Source: Camelus dromedarius (taxonomy: Eukaryota). From it: 64,000 bases of DNA. The stretch lies in the NCBI RefSeq assembly GCF_036321535.1, contig NC_087436.1:22384001-22448000 (forward strand). The letters are read 5' to 3'. Shown here piece after piece: positions 11,963-25,134 of the stretch (its first letter is position 1; each line of letters starts with the position of its first letter). The notes beneath the pieces were generated by a model, which made no database searches, had not been told where the DNA came from, and saw only the letters and a program-made list of their open reading frames with translations. The translations under genes were made by a program, and so were the position numbers.

Positions 11963-12620
11963 TGTCAGAGCAGGCAGATAGCTAGATATAAGCAGAGAAA
12001 GGGGGACACAGACCAAATGGCAGGAATTGGGCAGAAAGGAGGGGCACAGGCCAAATGCAGGAAACCACACATCATGTAAGTGGCAGGGGTCCCTGGGCAG
12101 AGAAAGAAAAGCAGGAATCTTTGGGCTGATAAGGGATCATGCTTTTTGGGGTGACAAGTGGCCTGGAGAAGAACAAAGAAAGGTGAGAAAAGGCAGGAAT
12201 TTCCAGTGTCCAAATGTAACCTTTTGCTCATTATGCCCTAATTTCAATAAAATTAGCCTTGCAGGTCAGAAGTACCCATTATGCACCGACACCATGACAG
12301 TTCCCATCCAGACTAAATGAGGACAAAAATCCCTCCTCCCTTTGGGAAGGTGGAGTTGGGATGATAATCAGGGAAAACGACCCCAAGCCCTTCCCTCCCC
12401 AGTGAATATTCTGCCCATTCATTTTTACACCCTATGTAACTAACTTGCCAAAGAAACTCAGGGCAGCCACTCACCTGAGCCTGCCCGCTCTCCCCCTGAG
12501 AGTGTACTATCCATCCCTTAATAAATCCTCACTTTACTTTCTTAACCTCTGTGTCTTGTCTCTGAATTCTTTCTGGGATAGGACAAGAACCTGGAACACC
12601 TGTTGGATCCACTGACAACA
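11963..12620 (+). mobile_element. Solo ERV1 LTR, MER50/MER83/MER84-like
   Basis: TGTCAGAGCAGGCAGATAG...ACAACA termini; near-TSD GTTA/ATTA; AATAAA 12520-12525; ~36-bp imperfect tandem repeat in U3. Confidence 0.8.
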
Positions 12621-12784
12621 ATTATAGAAAAGAGTATGTCCACCAGCACAAAAATCCCTCAAGTTGCCCTATTAATAGCTACATCCAGTTCCCTCCCACT
12701 TCCAACCTCTCCTTACTTAATTCCTGGTAACCACCAATCTCCTTTCCTTTTCTATAATTTTGTAGTTTTAAGAATGTTAGATTT

Positions 12785-12922
12785 GGGGGGGAGGGTGTAG
12801 CTCAAGCTGTAGAGCGCATGCTTAGCTTGCACGAGGTCCTAGGTGCAATCCCCAGCACCTCCTCCAAAAATAAATAAGTAAACCTAACTACCTCCCCATG
12901 TCAAAAAAAAAAAAAAAAAAAA
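12785..12922 (+). mobile_element. Camelid tRNA-derived SINE (Vic-1-type)
   Basis: GGGGAGGGTGTAGCTCAAG...GAGGTCCTAGGTGCAATCCCCAGCACCTCC, tail AAATAAATAAGTAAACCTAACTACCTCCCC and A20. Confidence 0.9.
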
Positions 12923-15900
12923 GCTCAGTGGAATCATACAGAATGCAGCTTTTTAGGATTGGTCTTTTTTTTTTCATTCATTATAATTCTTTGGAGACTG
13001 ATCCAGATTGTTGCATGTATTGACAGTTCATTTCCTTTATTACTGAGTAAATTCCATGGTTTGGATATTTCACAGTTTTTGTTTAACCATTTACCCATTG
13101 AAGGACATCTGGTTATTTGCAGTTTTTAGCTATTACAAATAAAGCTGTTATAAACATTCATGGACAGGTTTTTGCATGAATATGTTTCCATTTTTCTCAG
13201 ATAAATGCCCTTAAGTACAATTTCTAGATTATATGGTAATTGTATATTTGTTGTTGTTTTTTCTTTTTAGGAAAGTGCCAAAATATTTTTCAAAGTTATG
13301 CCATTTTATACTCCCACCAATAAGGTGTGAGGGACCCAGTTTCTCCCCATCCTCACCAGCATTTGGTGTTGTCATTGCTCCTGTTTCAGCCATTCTGATC
13401 GGTGTTTGGTGATTCTCATTGTGGTTTTCTCTTGCATTTCCTTAGTGGCTGATGACAGTGAACAACTTCTCATGTGCTTATTTGTCATGTTTGTCCTCTG
13501 CAGTGAAATGAATCTTCATGACTTTTGCTCTATTTTTAACTGAATTATTTGAGTTTTCACTGTTGACTTGTCATAGTCTAGATATTCAGCTCATATTCTA
13601 GATATTAGTTCTTTGTTGGATATGTAATTTCCAAATATTTTCTGCCAATCTGTGGCTTGACTTTTCATTAAAAAAAATCTTTGAATAATAGTCATTTACT
13701 AAAATGGCCATTAGAAATTTGAGAGCAACCCTCTTTTCCCTTTCTCATCATAAAGACTTGAGTGCCTGTTTGCACAAAACGTTCCACTGATTTTTGGAAG
13801 TGATCTTCAGTATTAAAACTAGTGAAGCTACAGAGGTTGTGACTTCAGGGATCACAGACAGTTTCAGCACTTCAGGGATGAGATAAAAGTTTACACTTTG
13901 AATTGGAAGGAGCTACATTGATAAAACATTTTCTTGGGAAAATTCTGTACTGGCAAAATAACAAAAAGACAGAGCATTAGACTAAGATACTTAAAAGTTG
14001 TGAGCCCAGCAAAATAATGCAAATACTGTGCTTCAAACTGAGTTATTTAATATCACAGGCATGCGACGTGTTGGAACAGATTAAGGAGGTTAATATTAAT
14101 ATTTTTATATCTTGGCCTAGGGCCAGATGAAACTGTTTGAGGCTTTGGATTAAGAGCTATTGAAAAGGGGCTTCATTCTTGTTGTTACTGCTTTCCTAGT
14201 TTTTAGTTAAGATGGAAACTCACAAGTTGAGGTCTGAGAAAAAAGACTCAGGAAAGAACACTCCAAGAATGCGTGTTGGTATGAGATTATGGAAATATTA
14301 CTACTTGTATCCGGTTTTAAATTTTCTATGTAATTGAGTCCATCATTATTATTATTAAGCCTTTAATACAATTTCATTAAGTACTTCAGCCTGACATGAG
14401 TGCTGTTTGGGTGAAATTAATGTGGGAGTCATTCCCCCAATGGAGTCAAGCTTTGCAGAAAGAGAACCACTGCCGAGAGTTTCAGGTACGACACCCCTGG
14501 AGTGATCACTGGAGAAGCTTATGGAAAGAGCCAGAACAAGAGAACCAGATAGAGAAGAGTCTGTGTTCTCCATATGGCACACAGTTTGTCATTCTGTTCC
14601 CTGGTAATGGAGGGAGGGAAAGTCCAAAGAAGTTTAGGGTTTTCAGGTTATACTTTCTTTTCCTTATAATGTGATTTTAGCATTTTAGCGACTTGGACCA
14701 TGTCTGATTTCTATTAACCAGCCATAGCAGCTCCCAGAAAACTATAAGCCCTTTTCAAAGGTCACAGCAGTGACTTAACTGTTCTTTTCCTTATTGCATA
14801 CTTAAGAATGAGAAAAAATCTGAATTGCAAATTGCAAGCTATTTTTAAAGATTCAAGCTTTTCGTCATTTGAGATTAAAACAAAAATCATTATTTGTCCT
14901 CAATTTTAGTTTTTTTGCTCATCTCTTGACTTTGGGATTTCTGCCAAATATTTCTTTCCTATTAGTGTTCCGTCGGTCAGGACTTGGATTTGTAATTGTC
15001 TGTGCTACTCTTTCAAATGTGTTGGCCTGATTCTATGTATGAGAGTTATGAGAAAAGCAGACTCTAATCATTATCAATGTAAGGGTTTCCTGAGAAATAT
15101 TCAGCGCTCATCTGTGAAATGTGGAAGGTGATACTAGTCCTTAAATAGGTGCAGAAAGTAACAAGAGTAGTATCAATCTCCTTGCAAGACGTAGGTAGCT
15201 CAAACGTAATGAACCCTTCATTTCACAGGCAGGATTCTCTGTCATCTGGTGCAATGAAAGGCAAACAGCTCTTTTTTTAGTTTATCAGACTTCAGTTCAG
15301 TTTCTGGAGATGTCACGAAATAGGGTCATAAATATTAGATAAGTCTATTTATTTTTCACCAAGTTTTCTTCCACAATGCGTTAGTACATAGCCCTTGTTT
15401 TTTGTCAAAACTATTCATTAACCCCTCCTTCCTTCTGGGCCATCCAGCTTGATCTCAGCTAGCATGTACCTACGGAAAGTTATTTTTATTTTTGAGGAAT
15501 CACATGGCAGCATGACATAGGTATTGCAGACTACAGTCTCAGTTGTGAGTAGTACATAGTAACTATCTCCATTTATTCACAGACAGGAAGTTTTGTAAAG
15601 CTGCAGTGCTTATCCTGAGAAACCTTTTCCATGATACTGCATACCTCAGAGAAGCACAAGTCAATTCCACCGGTTTGATTAGAAGGAACACAGTGTGATA
15701 TGTCCCTCCTGAAAGATACATTCCTCATTATTTTATCCTGGTGTTGGCACAGTACCAGCATAGCCCCACCCTTTCATAGACATGATGAATTCAGTGGGAT
15801 GAATCAAATGGTCTTTTGTCATAAATTATCAATGTTTGAATTAAGATTGTATAAGTAAGTTTTATTTCTGATTTAAATCTCTTTTCCAGCTATAACCACG

Positions 15901-16599
15901 TATATCCTTTAGGATCCTATAAAGTATGCAACTGTTTATTACCCAGTAGACTTTTTTATCACTTTGATAAGAAATTATCGAAAACTTCAAAATAGAGCAA
16001 AAGGATGACTGCATTTCTTTGTAATGCCATGCTGGAACATTGCCTAATAGATTCTTAAGAATTATATATTTTTCTAGGGATGCACCTTTGTTTGAGTCAT
16101 TGATAAATACCCAGATTCTGTAAAATACATGTTGACTTTTGTCTGAAAGAGACATAAATAAATGATTTTTGTCAGTTAGAAAAGTAACTCCAAAGATTAT
16201 GGCTTTATTACCCTGTAGGGCATTAACCAATTTTCTCTCACTCTTAAAATACTTATCTCAGCATGCCCTACTCTATTAATTATATAAACTTGTATTTTAA
16301 GTGATCCTTCAGGCGACTTTATCTATCTGTACCTTAGTTTGCTCATCCAGAGTGAATCAAAAGTGGTGATAGAAACTTAGCTTTGCTGACTTGTTTTCCC
16401 CTGCGCTGTTTTGTTTTCATTTCTGGTTTATGGATAACTTTGGTTCTGCTTCTGGTTTGCAAATGTCAGTAAGTTATTCCCAAGAACTGGTGACACTATT
16501 TAGGAATCCAGTTTTGTGATCTCCACTGAGATGTTGGGCATCTATTCTCTAAGGGTGAGCCACTACAGGAACTCTGGATTGAAGTCTTTGGTTTGTATG

Positions 16600-17000
16600 T
16601 GTTTGAGTGTCCCCAGACCACCCACGTGTTCAGTGATTCACTAGGACTTATGGGACTCTGAGGGCCTTAATTATACCCATGGCTATGGTTTATTACAGGG
16701 AAGTGACACAAAACAAAACCAGCCAGTATAAAAGACTCATCCAATGGGGTCTGGAGAGATCCAGACACAACTTCCAAAGCTCTTCCTGGCCAGAGTTGCA
16801 CAGAACACGATTCTTTCTTCAGCAGTAAACTGAGGACATGTATATAGTCTTTCTGGGTAGAGAAGCCTGCTTCCGAGAGATAGCAGAGGGTTTTTATTGG
16901 AAGCTGGTCACGCAAACACTTTCTACCTGCACTACCAGCCATAATTACCAAAATCCCAGACACTCAGAAGGAGAGCAGGTGTTCATCATAAATCCATGTA
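16600..17000 (-). mobile_element. MER77/MER21/MER68-group LTR fragment
   Basis: GTCCCCAGACCACCC...GGTTTATTACAG...TCTGGAGAGATCCAGACAC; clearly homologous to the element at 32765-33857. Confidence 0.75.
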
Positions 17001-17049
17001 AGCATAGATTATAAGTAAGATAGAACACTGAAAATCTGGTCATCAAAGA

Positions 17050-19050
17050 TAATTTTTATTTAAAAATGGTACTGAATGTCTCTACCTTTGAGAAGTGTTA
17101 ATGAACATCTTTATTTTTGCTACTGTAAGAGTGTAAAAGAATGTGATTTTAGAGGTTGTATAATGTATACTCACGAGCTTCTCTGGTCTGGCAAAATGCT
17201 TATAAAAGTCCATTCTCAATTACATACCTCTTATTTTTTGCTGTGAAGCACAACTTGGTACTTTGGTTAAAAGAGGTAATTAACATGGCTGGATGAGACT
17301 CTATGCAGAAAAATAATAGAAAATAAATACAACTTGTGTATACAAGATAGATAGAATGTATTTTTTTAAAGGAACTAGAGAATAGTTTTGTCCTAAAATA
17401 AAGGGTCAGATTATTCAAGAATTTGAAAGAATATAGGGGGTGACAAGATTTGAGTGGCTATAGCGAGTTATAGAAGGTTTAAGGAAAGTAAATTTTCCTT
17501 GACTTGGGTTATAATACCCGAAAGATGTGTCTAAAAAGAAGCAATGAAATGTGTTTTGATGGATTTGTTCACAAGAGGAGAAGAAGGTTTGTTAGTTCCT
17601 TACTGTCAAATATTCTATTAATGCAATATCAGAATTCAAATATTCTTTCTGCTAAAATTGAACTTGAAATATTCAGCTCTTCTTAACAAGAAATGACAAA
17701 GGGTTACTCTTTAGTTTTTGTGTAATTCTCAGACAGCAGAGAATCTGTATCTCATCAGCATAATTTTTGTTTGTTCTGCTGTCTTTTAACACCCTTGATT
17801 ATTTCTTTAAAAAAACAAAAAACAAAAATTACTTCCAAAAGAGTGAAGGTATCTTACAATTAGGTTACCTTTTGCTATATATGTTTAAAAAAATTTTTTG
17901 ACATTGTGATTAATAGGTAGACAGGCGACAACCATTTTTTTTAGGCACTCATGTCCCTGTCTTAATCCAGTGTCTAATCTCCTCTGATAATGCTTTTGAT
18001 TTTACTCTTCTAAAATCAGATTGAGAAAAATATTTTTTTCAAGGTATTTTTAAATACCTAAATAATGTTTGGGGTTTTCCAGAGGTCCCTGGCTCCCTAC
18101 GAAGATTCTTCTTTCATCTTATTAAAGGAGGGATACTGGTAATAATTAGGTTGTTTGATGTGCTCAACTTTTCTTAGTTAGCTTAATACTATTGTCAGAG
18201 TTGCTTGGGAAGAGGTATCAAATCAGGAGAAACTATGCTACTTTAAGTTGGTTTTGTACAGGAAAATACTATTAATACAAATATGTTTCAGAGGTTATCC
18301 ACATTATAGGAAGAATTAGAAGGCTCCAAGATTGAGGCCCTTAGACTTCATTGTATGTTTGACCCATAGGGGAAACCGGGATCAAATCCATCCTTAAAAT
18401 ATCATTATGTATTGTGACCCAACAGAGAATGTTATTCCCATTGAATCTCATAATATTCTAGTCTAATAAATTAATCACTGTCATTTGGTCTTATCAACAG
18501 CATTTGTCTAAAGGCTTATTATAAACTGCAGTCTAGAAATAGGGTCCTCAGAAAAGAAGCATGTTCTTTGGGCCTCAGAGAAAGATGGTACTAGTTACTG
18601 ATACTTTGAGGGAAAGACTTCTGAGTGCAGGCTTCTAAGCCAACATCATTTAGGCAGGGAACAAATTCAAGACTTCCAGAGCTCTTTTTAATCAAGAAGC
18701 GTACAGCTTCATGAAAGCAGACTGCTGACCAAGATCCAATGGAAAAACAAATGATTAAGTAAGACTGAATAAACTGGAAAATTTAATTGTGGTTATTCAC
18801 TTCAGAATATTGTTGGCAATATTTTTTAATACACTGTTTTCTGATGGATACATGAGCAAGCCATCTCTATTTCTCAGTGAAATATGGTTTTGCAAATTGA
18901 AATGATACTTTTAAAAAATGCTATCTTTTTCTCACTGATCTATCAGTGGACAAGACTAGACACTGAGTCTCTCCTTTTCATAGCAATATAAATATTTACA
19001 TAGGTTAACTACGATTCTTTTTCTTTTTAACCAGAATATAATTAGGCAAA
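17050..19050 (+). mobile_element. Non-autonomous ERV1 internal region (MER4/MER31/MER34-int-like), decayed
   Basis: TTTTGTCCTAAAATAAA, GGTTTTCCAGAGGTCCCTGG and AATTAGGTTGTTTGATGTG motifs; possible integrase C-terminal relic near 18570-18620. Confidence 0.55.
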
Positions 19051-22000
19051 TCAATTTTACAACCAAAGGTATGGATGAAGTGTCATATTTGAGACTAAAT
19101 CTTCTTTATTCACATATAAAAAGCTCACAAGTAAGGAAAAGGGGTTGTACCTTTTATGTGACGAATATCTTCATAGCTCTTCCAGGATACTGGCCTAAAA
19201 ATAGGATCCTTGCCTTACAGATATTGAAGAAGGTCCTGAGAGTCCAGGAACCTCAGCAGATTTTGAAGGCCTCAGAGAGAGAGGAATTCAGCATCATTAC
19301 ATATACTGCAAGCAAAACTTGGTGGAGATAAATCTCTTGTGTTTGGTTTGTACCTTGAGAAAGAAGAGTAAATAATGGAAGCTTTAAAAAGTACTTTCTT
19401 ATATTCTTAATGAAATCTCCACACAGAATTTAATTCTATGGGCTTAGTGTTCTTCTAGCTTTGTAAAACTCTAGATTAGAGGACCATTCAGAAAGGACAT
19501 GTTCATATGTTAATTGCTGAATTTAATAGATGGAACAGGGGATGAGCCTTTTTGTGATAAACAATATAATCTCTGATGATTATTTATGTTCACAAGGAAA
19601 GTCTACGAAAAGCTACCAGAAAGTTTTTAAATAAGGAAAAAGCATGACTGCATGCCTTTTCAAGGTCATAGTGGAGCATTGTCTAATAGACCCACCCCCA
19701 AATTATTTCTCTATATGGTCCGCTTAAGTTGATTCATTACTTAACTCGTGACAAGGCCTGTGCGATTATATGTTTACTTTAACAAGGTTTGAAGCAGAGG
19801 TTTTATCTGTTTGTTGTCAGAGTTTGTCTGTTGAAGATGCAAATGATTGCTGTCTGATAGAAAAGGTTACTATTTTATTGCCCTGTAAGATATTAACCGG
19901 TTTTGTGTCTAACTTCAAGTTTTTTCAGCATGCCATGCTAAGTTGACTGTATAAATCTCTTTGATGCTTCTTAATGTAGCTGGATTGTTCTGCTGTTTCC
20001 CTCATTAATAAGTTAAGCATATTTGACTTGTTCTCACTGTATATTTATGTGATTCATTATTTTAACTTTTTAAAGAATTATACTTTGAATAACATATTAG
20101 TTTACAAAGGTATCAAGGCAGACATAGTTATTAGTTCCTAAATACCATATTTTTAATTTAAGTCAGGTGTCACCCAGTATATGGGAAACATAGCATTTGA
20201 TGGTATTAAATTTTTGTAAATACATAGACATTTTAATTGAAATGGCCAAACATAACGTTCACCAATATATTTAGAATTTATGCAGTATTTAATTAAAGAT
20301 AAACACTTTCTAACTGTTATTCTGATGTTCCGTCCCTTCTCTCTTTGGTTTATTACTGACAACACCATCATAAAAAAATTTCTACATTTATTTTATCATG
20401 TCCTTCCAATGAGGAATTATTCTCTACAAATAACTGCTTCTGTGTAGAGTCCTGTGAAAGGACTTGGGGCTGTTTTTGTCTCTGTTCTCTGATTTAGCTT
20501 TCTAGATGTCATCTATTTTTCAGAACTCAGTTCAAAGCTCTGGGTCTGTGAAACCTCTCCTTAATCCTTTCCATAAAGTTATTTGCCTTATAGCTCTAAT
20601 CATATACCTTTACGTGATTGGCTAGCAGTTATGTTAAAATTTTTTGTTCATGTTTCTCCTAGTTGATGTTGAGCATCAGGACGGTGCCTGAGTCTAATAA
20701 CTGTTCAAAATTTGACCTGTTTAAAAAAGCCTACTAAAATGAGTCAATCACTTCCTTTTCAAAGCATCCTATAATATTAAAAGCCTCCTCGACTGTATTA
20801 TTAACCGTATGCCAATTTACAACAGCTATTAGATTTTTCTCTTTAACTAATTTTTAAGTCACAAATAGTGATTTAGCATTTAGCCTTTTGTTTTCTTTAC
20901 AAATAAACTTTAAGATCATTCAAGGCAAAATCTGTGACATGCTATATATTTGTATTCCACAAGACATTATCACAATGCCTTTCATAACAGCAGTTACTCA
21001 ATTAATGTTTATTGATTTGACTTTGTCTCTTGAACGTTGCTTATTTTGATTTTGCCATATTTAAGTAGTACATAACTTTCTATATTGATCATAAATATTT
21101 TTATGGGACATAAAAATGTCCTAAATGCAAAGGTGGTTTTCTCAGTGTTTTCAGAAGTATGCAAATATGTCAATTAAATCTTTGCTGGCTGTGATCTCAA
21201 CTTTCAAACTCAATTCAATCTGGGAAAATTTTAAAATGCTGCTTCATCTCTGCTTCAATAAAAAAAATTAAAATAAATACATAAAATTTAAAAAATGCTG
21301 CTTCAATCCAACCTTAGATTAACTTTCTTCCGTGTCCCATGCTGGTATTAGACCCTACTTCATTCCATAGAATATAAATAGAACTCTTTGACCAATATAT
21401 TGCAATAGTGTGAATTCTAGTAGTTACAGTCTTGTCTTATTTTCCCAGTCAGCAGTTTCACATCTACGCCAACTCTTTTCTCAGCATATTTCTAGCTGGT
21501 AGATGGCTATTCATTAATATGCATCACTTACAGTGATTTTTAAAAAAAATTCCCACTTGCAATATTTTGTAGCCTGCCTTCTGACACTTTTTAATCTGAT
21601 TTTTAGTTAGTAAGTAGTAACCAGTCATTGAGTTTCAAATACATAATCTCTTTTAAAAATCTTTTCTAATTAGTCTTTCATCTTTACTATTCTACCAAAG
21701 CTGTTTTTAGCAAAGCCACCAATTTCTGACAGTGTGCTAAATCCAAGGATTAATTTGTCATCATTGTGGAACTTGACCAGCCAGCAGCATTGCTTCAGGT
21801 AATGACTTGCTCCTCTTCTGTATGCTTTCTTCGCTTTCAGCACACCTTTCCTCACTGGCTCACATTTCTTCCTCATCTCTCTGGTCTCTTAATGCATTGA
21901 TGCCCAAGGAAATCGACTATTTCCTACTCATAGTCTAGGTAATTTCATCTAATCTCAATGGATATCATAGTTTCAAATGTCATCCATGGACCAACAGTTC

Positions 22001-22145
22001 TGTTCCTCCCTCTGAACTTCTTTCACCCACGTAGAGGCATCTTCAATTTAAAATGCCCAAAACTGCACTTGAGATCTTCCTTCTACATCCATTCACCTTA
22101 TAGTCTTTCCCAACTTAGCTATCGGCAATGTCACCCCTCCAGTTA

Positions 22146-22975
22146 CAGTGGTTCCCCTTATCTGTGGTTTCACTTTCTGCAGAATTAGTTACTATGGTCA
22201 ACCACAGCCCGAAACTATTACATGAAGAATTCCAGAAATAAACAATTCATAAATTTTAAGTCATGCACCATTCTGAGTAGCATGATGAAATCTCCCTCCT
22301 CCTGCTCTGACCCACCTGGGACGTGAATCACCCCTTTTCCAGCATATTAGTCACTTAGGAGCCATCTTGGGTATAAGATCAACTGTCAAAGTATCATTAT
22401 CATAGTGCTTGTGTTCAAATAACTCTTAATTTACTTAATAGTGGCACCAAAGTGCAAGTGTTGCTGGCAATTCAGGTATGCCAAAGAGAAGCTGTGTGCT
22501 TCCTTTAAGTGAAAAAAATGCAAGTTCTCAAGTTAACAAGGAAAGAAAAAAATTTGTATGCTGAGGTTGCTAAGATTTATGGTAAGAAGAAATCTTCTGT
22601 CTGTGAAATTGATAAGAAGGAAAAGAAAATTTGTGCTCGTTTTGCTGTCACACCTCAAACCGCAAATGTTACAGCCACAGTGTGTGATAAGTGTTTAGTC
22701 AAAATGGAAAAGGCATTCAATTTGTACAATAAGATATTCTGAGAGAGAGAGCCCACATTCACACCACTTCTATTAAAGTATACTGTTATAATTGTCCTAT
22801 TTTGTTATTTGTTGTTGTTTATCTCTTACTGTGTCCAATTTACAGATTAAACTTTATCATAGGTATGTATGTATAGGAAAAACCATTGCAGACATTGGGT
22901 CCGGTACTCTCCGCCGTTTCAGGCATCCACTGAAGGTCTTGGAACGTATCCCCCACAGATAGGGGGAGATGACTG
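22146..22975 (+). mobile_element. MER44/Tigger7-derived TcMar-Tigger element, internally deleted
   Basis: TIRs CAGTGGTTCCCCTTATCTGTGG / CCACAGATAGGGGGAGATGACTG; TA on the left, TG on the right. Confidence 0.9.
22509..22742 (+). pseudogene. Tigger transposase N-terminal (CENP-B-type HTH) relic
   Basis: ORF ...YAEVAKIYGKKKSSVCEIDKKEKKICARFAVTPQTA... inside the TIR element; frameshifted from the upstream ATG (MPKRS); no DDE domain. Confidence 0.8.
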
Positions 22976-25134
22976 TGCTCAATTTCCCTTCCTGTCATCC
23001 CCTACATCCCATCCATGAGCAGTTCTACTTCAGGATATATTCTGACCACATCTCACCACACGTGTTACTCTCATTCTAACCCAATCTCAGACCATATTTG
23101 TAATTACTGAAATAACTCCTGGCTGTTCTCTCTGCATCTGCCTTTGCATTCCCGTGCCCCCCCTTCAGCCACCTTTCTGTTTATTCTCAGAGAGTACTTG
23201 AGGCAATCCTTTAAAAATAAGTCAGATCGTGTCACTCTCCTTTCCAAAACCTTCACCTCAGGGCATTTGCAGTTTGCCTGGAACCCTCTTCCCCCATTTA
23301 TCTGTGATTTCTGTGCTCAGCTTCTGGGGTTTTCCCTTGGTCTTAGGAAGATCTTTCTTTACCCCCTTCTTAACACTGTAATAACACCACCCTACAGCAC
23401 ACACAAGCTTTTATTCCCCTTCCAAGCCTTCTTTTTATCCACAACATTTATCAGCCTCTAACATACTATGTGTTTTACTTTTTGTTTGTTCACTAGTCTT
23501 ATTCTTTCACTAAACTGTACGCTCCCTAAAGGCAAGTCTGTTGAATGGTTTCTTCAGTGCTGTATTTCCAGTATCAAGTACCCAACATATAGACTGGATC
23601 AAGAAATGTTTATGGGATTAGCTCATTAATTAATAATTTTTTAAAAAACACATAGGACCAAACCACAAGCTTTGAAATAATATATCTGTATTTTCCATAC
23701 CGATATGGTGACAGTTGGAAATAATGAGAAACCTTCAAAAATTATGATGTATTTGCATGTGATATTGTGTTAACCTAAACTATGTTTATCTTATTTATAC
23801 ATGCTTCAATTTGTAAAAGATTTATAACAGCTGTTTCAGTTTGGATGTTGACAGGTATTTGAATAAATCTTAAATTGTGGATGGAACAATCAGCTCATCC
23901 TCTAAATTCTCATCTGACCATGCAGAAAACATCCAATCAGCAAGACACCCATTCTAATTTTCTAATTTCAAATTATCTCTACAGAAAATTATCTATACAT
24001 TGGCCCTCACTTCAATGTCATTACTCTTCCAGAATTTTTTTTTCAGTTACTAAATTGAAATCTTCAATGGTTTGTTAATAATTATTTCCTCTTGCTCTGG
24101 ACTCTTTGAAGAACAGCAACTAATCATCATTCTCATCTTAAGAGAGTTAATGACTATTAATAGATGTATTATTGCTGTTGTTCCTCTTAAATCTAATATA
24201 TCTGTGAAATATATATATACACACACACACATGCATACATATATATGCACACATATTTGTATTTTGGATTTAAACCTTCAAAATGACCAACTTCCCTGCA
24301 ATAATCTGTCTCCTTCAAGCATCAGATATTGCTCACATTTAGAAAAGGCATTAAAACAAAAAGAAAATGCCAAGTGACCCCTCAGAATACTAGACCCCAT
24401 CGTTAATGGATATAAAGATTTGTTTTCCTAATTGTGATACTAATTATCATTGTCTGAATAATGACCCCAGTTAATAACACAAGGACATAAAACTTAAATA
24501 GACTTTTTCTCAACCTTATCTTCATTTGTGGAAATTGTAAAATCTTAGAACTGGAAGACACCTTAAAGCTACCTAATTCACTGTTTGAATGTTTGTATTG
24601 GGTGGTTTAAGTGATTCTGTCAGCTTGTGCCAAGCTGACACAAAGGAAAGTGACAACTGGAAAGAGATGTCACGCAAATAGCTCATCTTTGGAGAAAAGC
24701 TATCATGCCCTGGATGAAAGATGTCCTTTTAAGCTTTGCCCCATCTAAGAGCAGAGAGAGAAAATTCAAGCAAAACTTCACGTCGCATTGTATTACTGTC
24801 AGAAGGATACTTTCGTCCCCTGATACTTTCACCCAACCTGAAGCTTATTTGTATTGCACTTGGTTTTCTTCTTCCTCTTACAAATGACAGATCCCAAAGC
24901 AAAAGCAGAAGAAACACATGAGAGTGACTGCACAGAGGAACCCAGGAGCTCACAACATCCCCACTTTTGCTCATGCCTTACGGACTTATACCCAATTCTT
25001 GTCTATCAAAGCTGTTCCCTAGGGGCTAGGGAAAGCATCTCACGTAAAAACACCAGGGAAGATTCCACATGCAATGCTCACATTCACATTTGCATTTCAC
25101 AATTAATTGAATGATGATGATGATGCTGATGAAT

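Larger units (their letters stand above)
11788..13680 (-). mobile_element. L1MC/L1MD-type 3' end carrying a nested LTR and SINE
   Basis: CATGCAGTTGTTAAGACATAATACAGAGAGATCC, GTGGAATCATACAG, CATCCTCACCAGCATTTGGTGTTGTC. Confidence 0.85.
21560..23625 (+). mobile_element. L2 fragment split by MER44
   Basis: AAAGCCACCAAT...CTTGACCAGCCAGCAGCATT, AAGTCAGATCGTGTCACTCTCC, TTCAGTGCTGTATTTCCAG. Confidence 0.8.

Noticed and set aside
9732..12620. Two plus-strand LTRs read as one provirus
   Set aside because: The sequences are unrelated, and the second has its own near-TSD inside an L1
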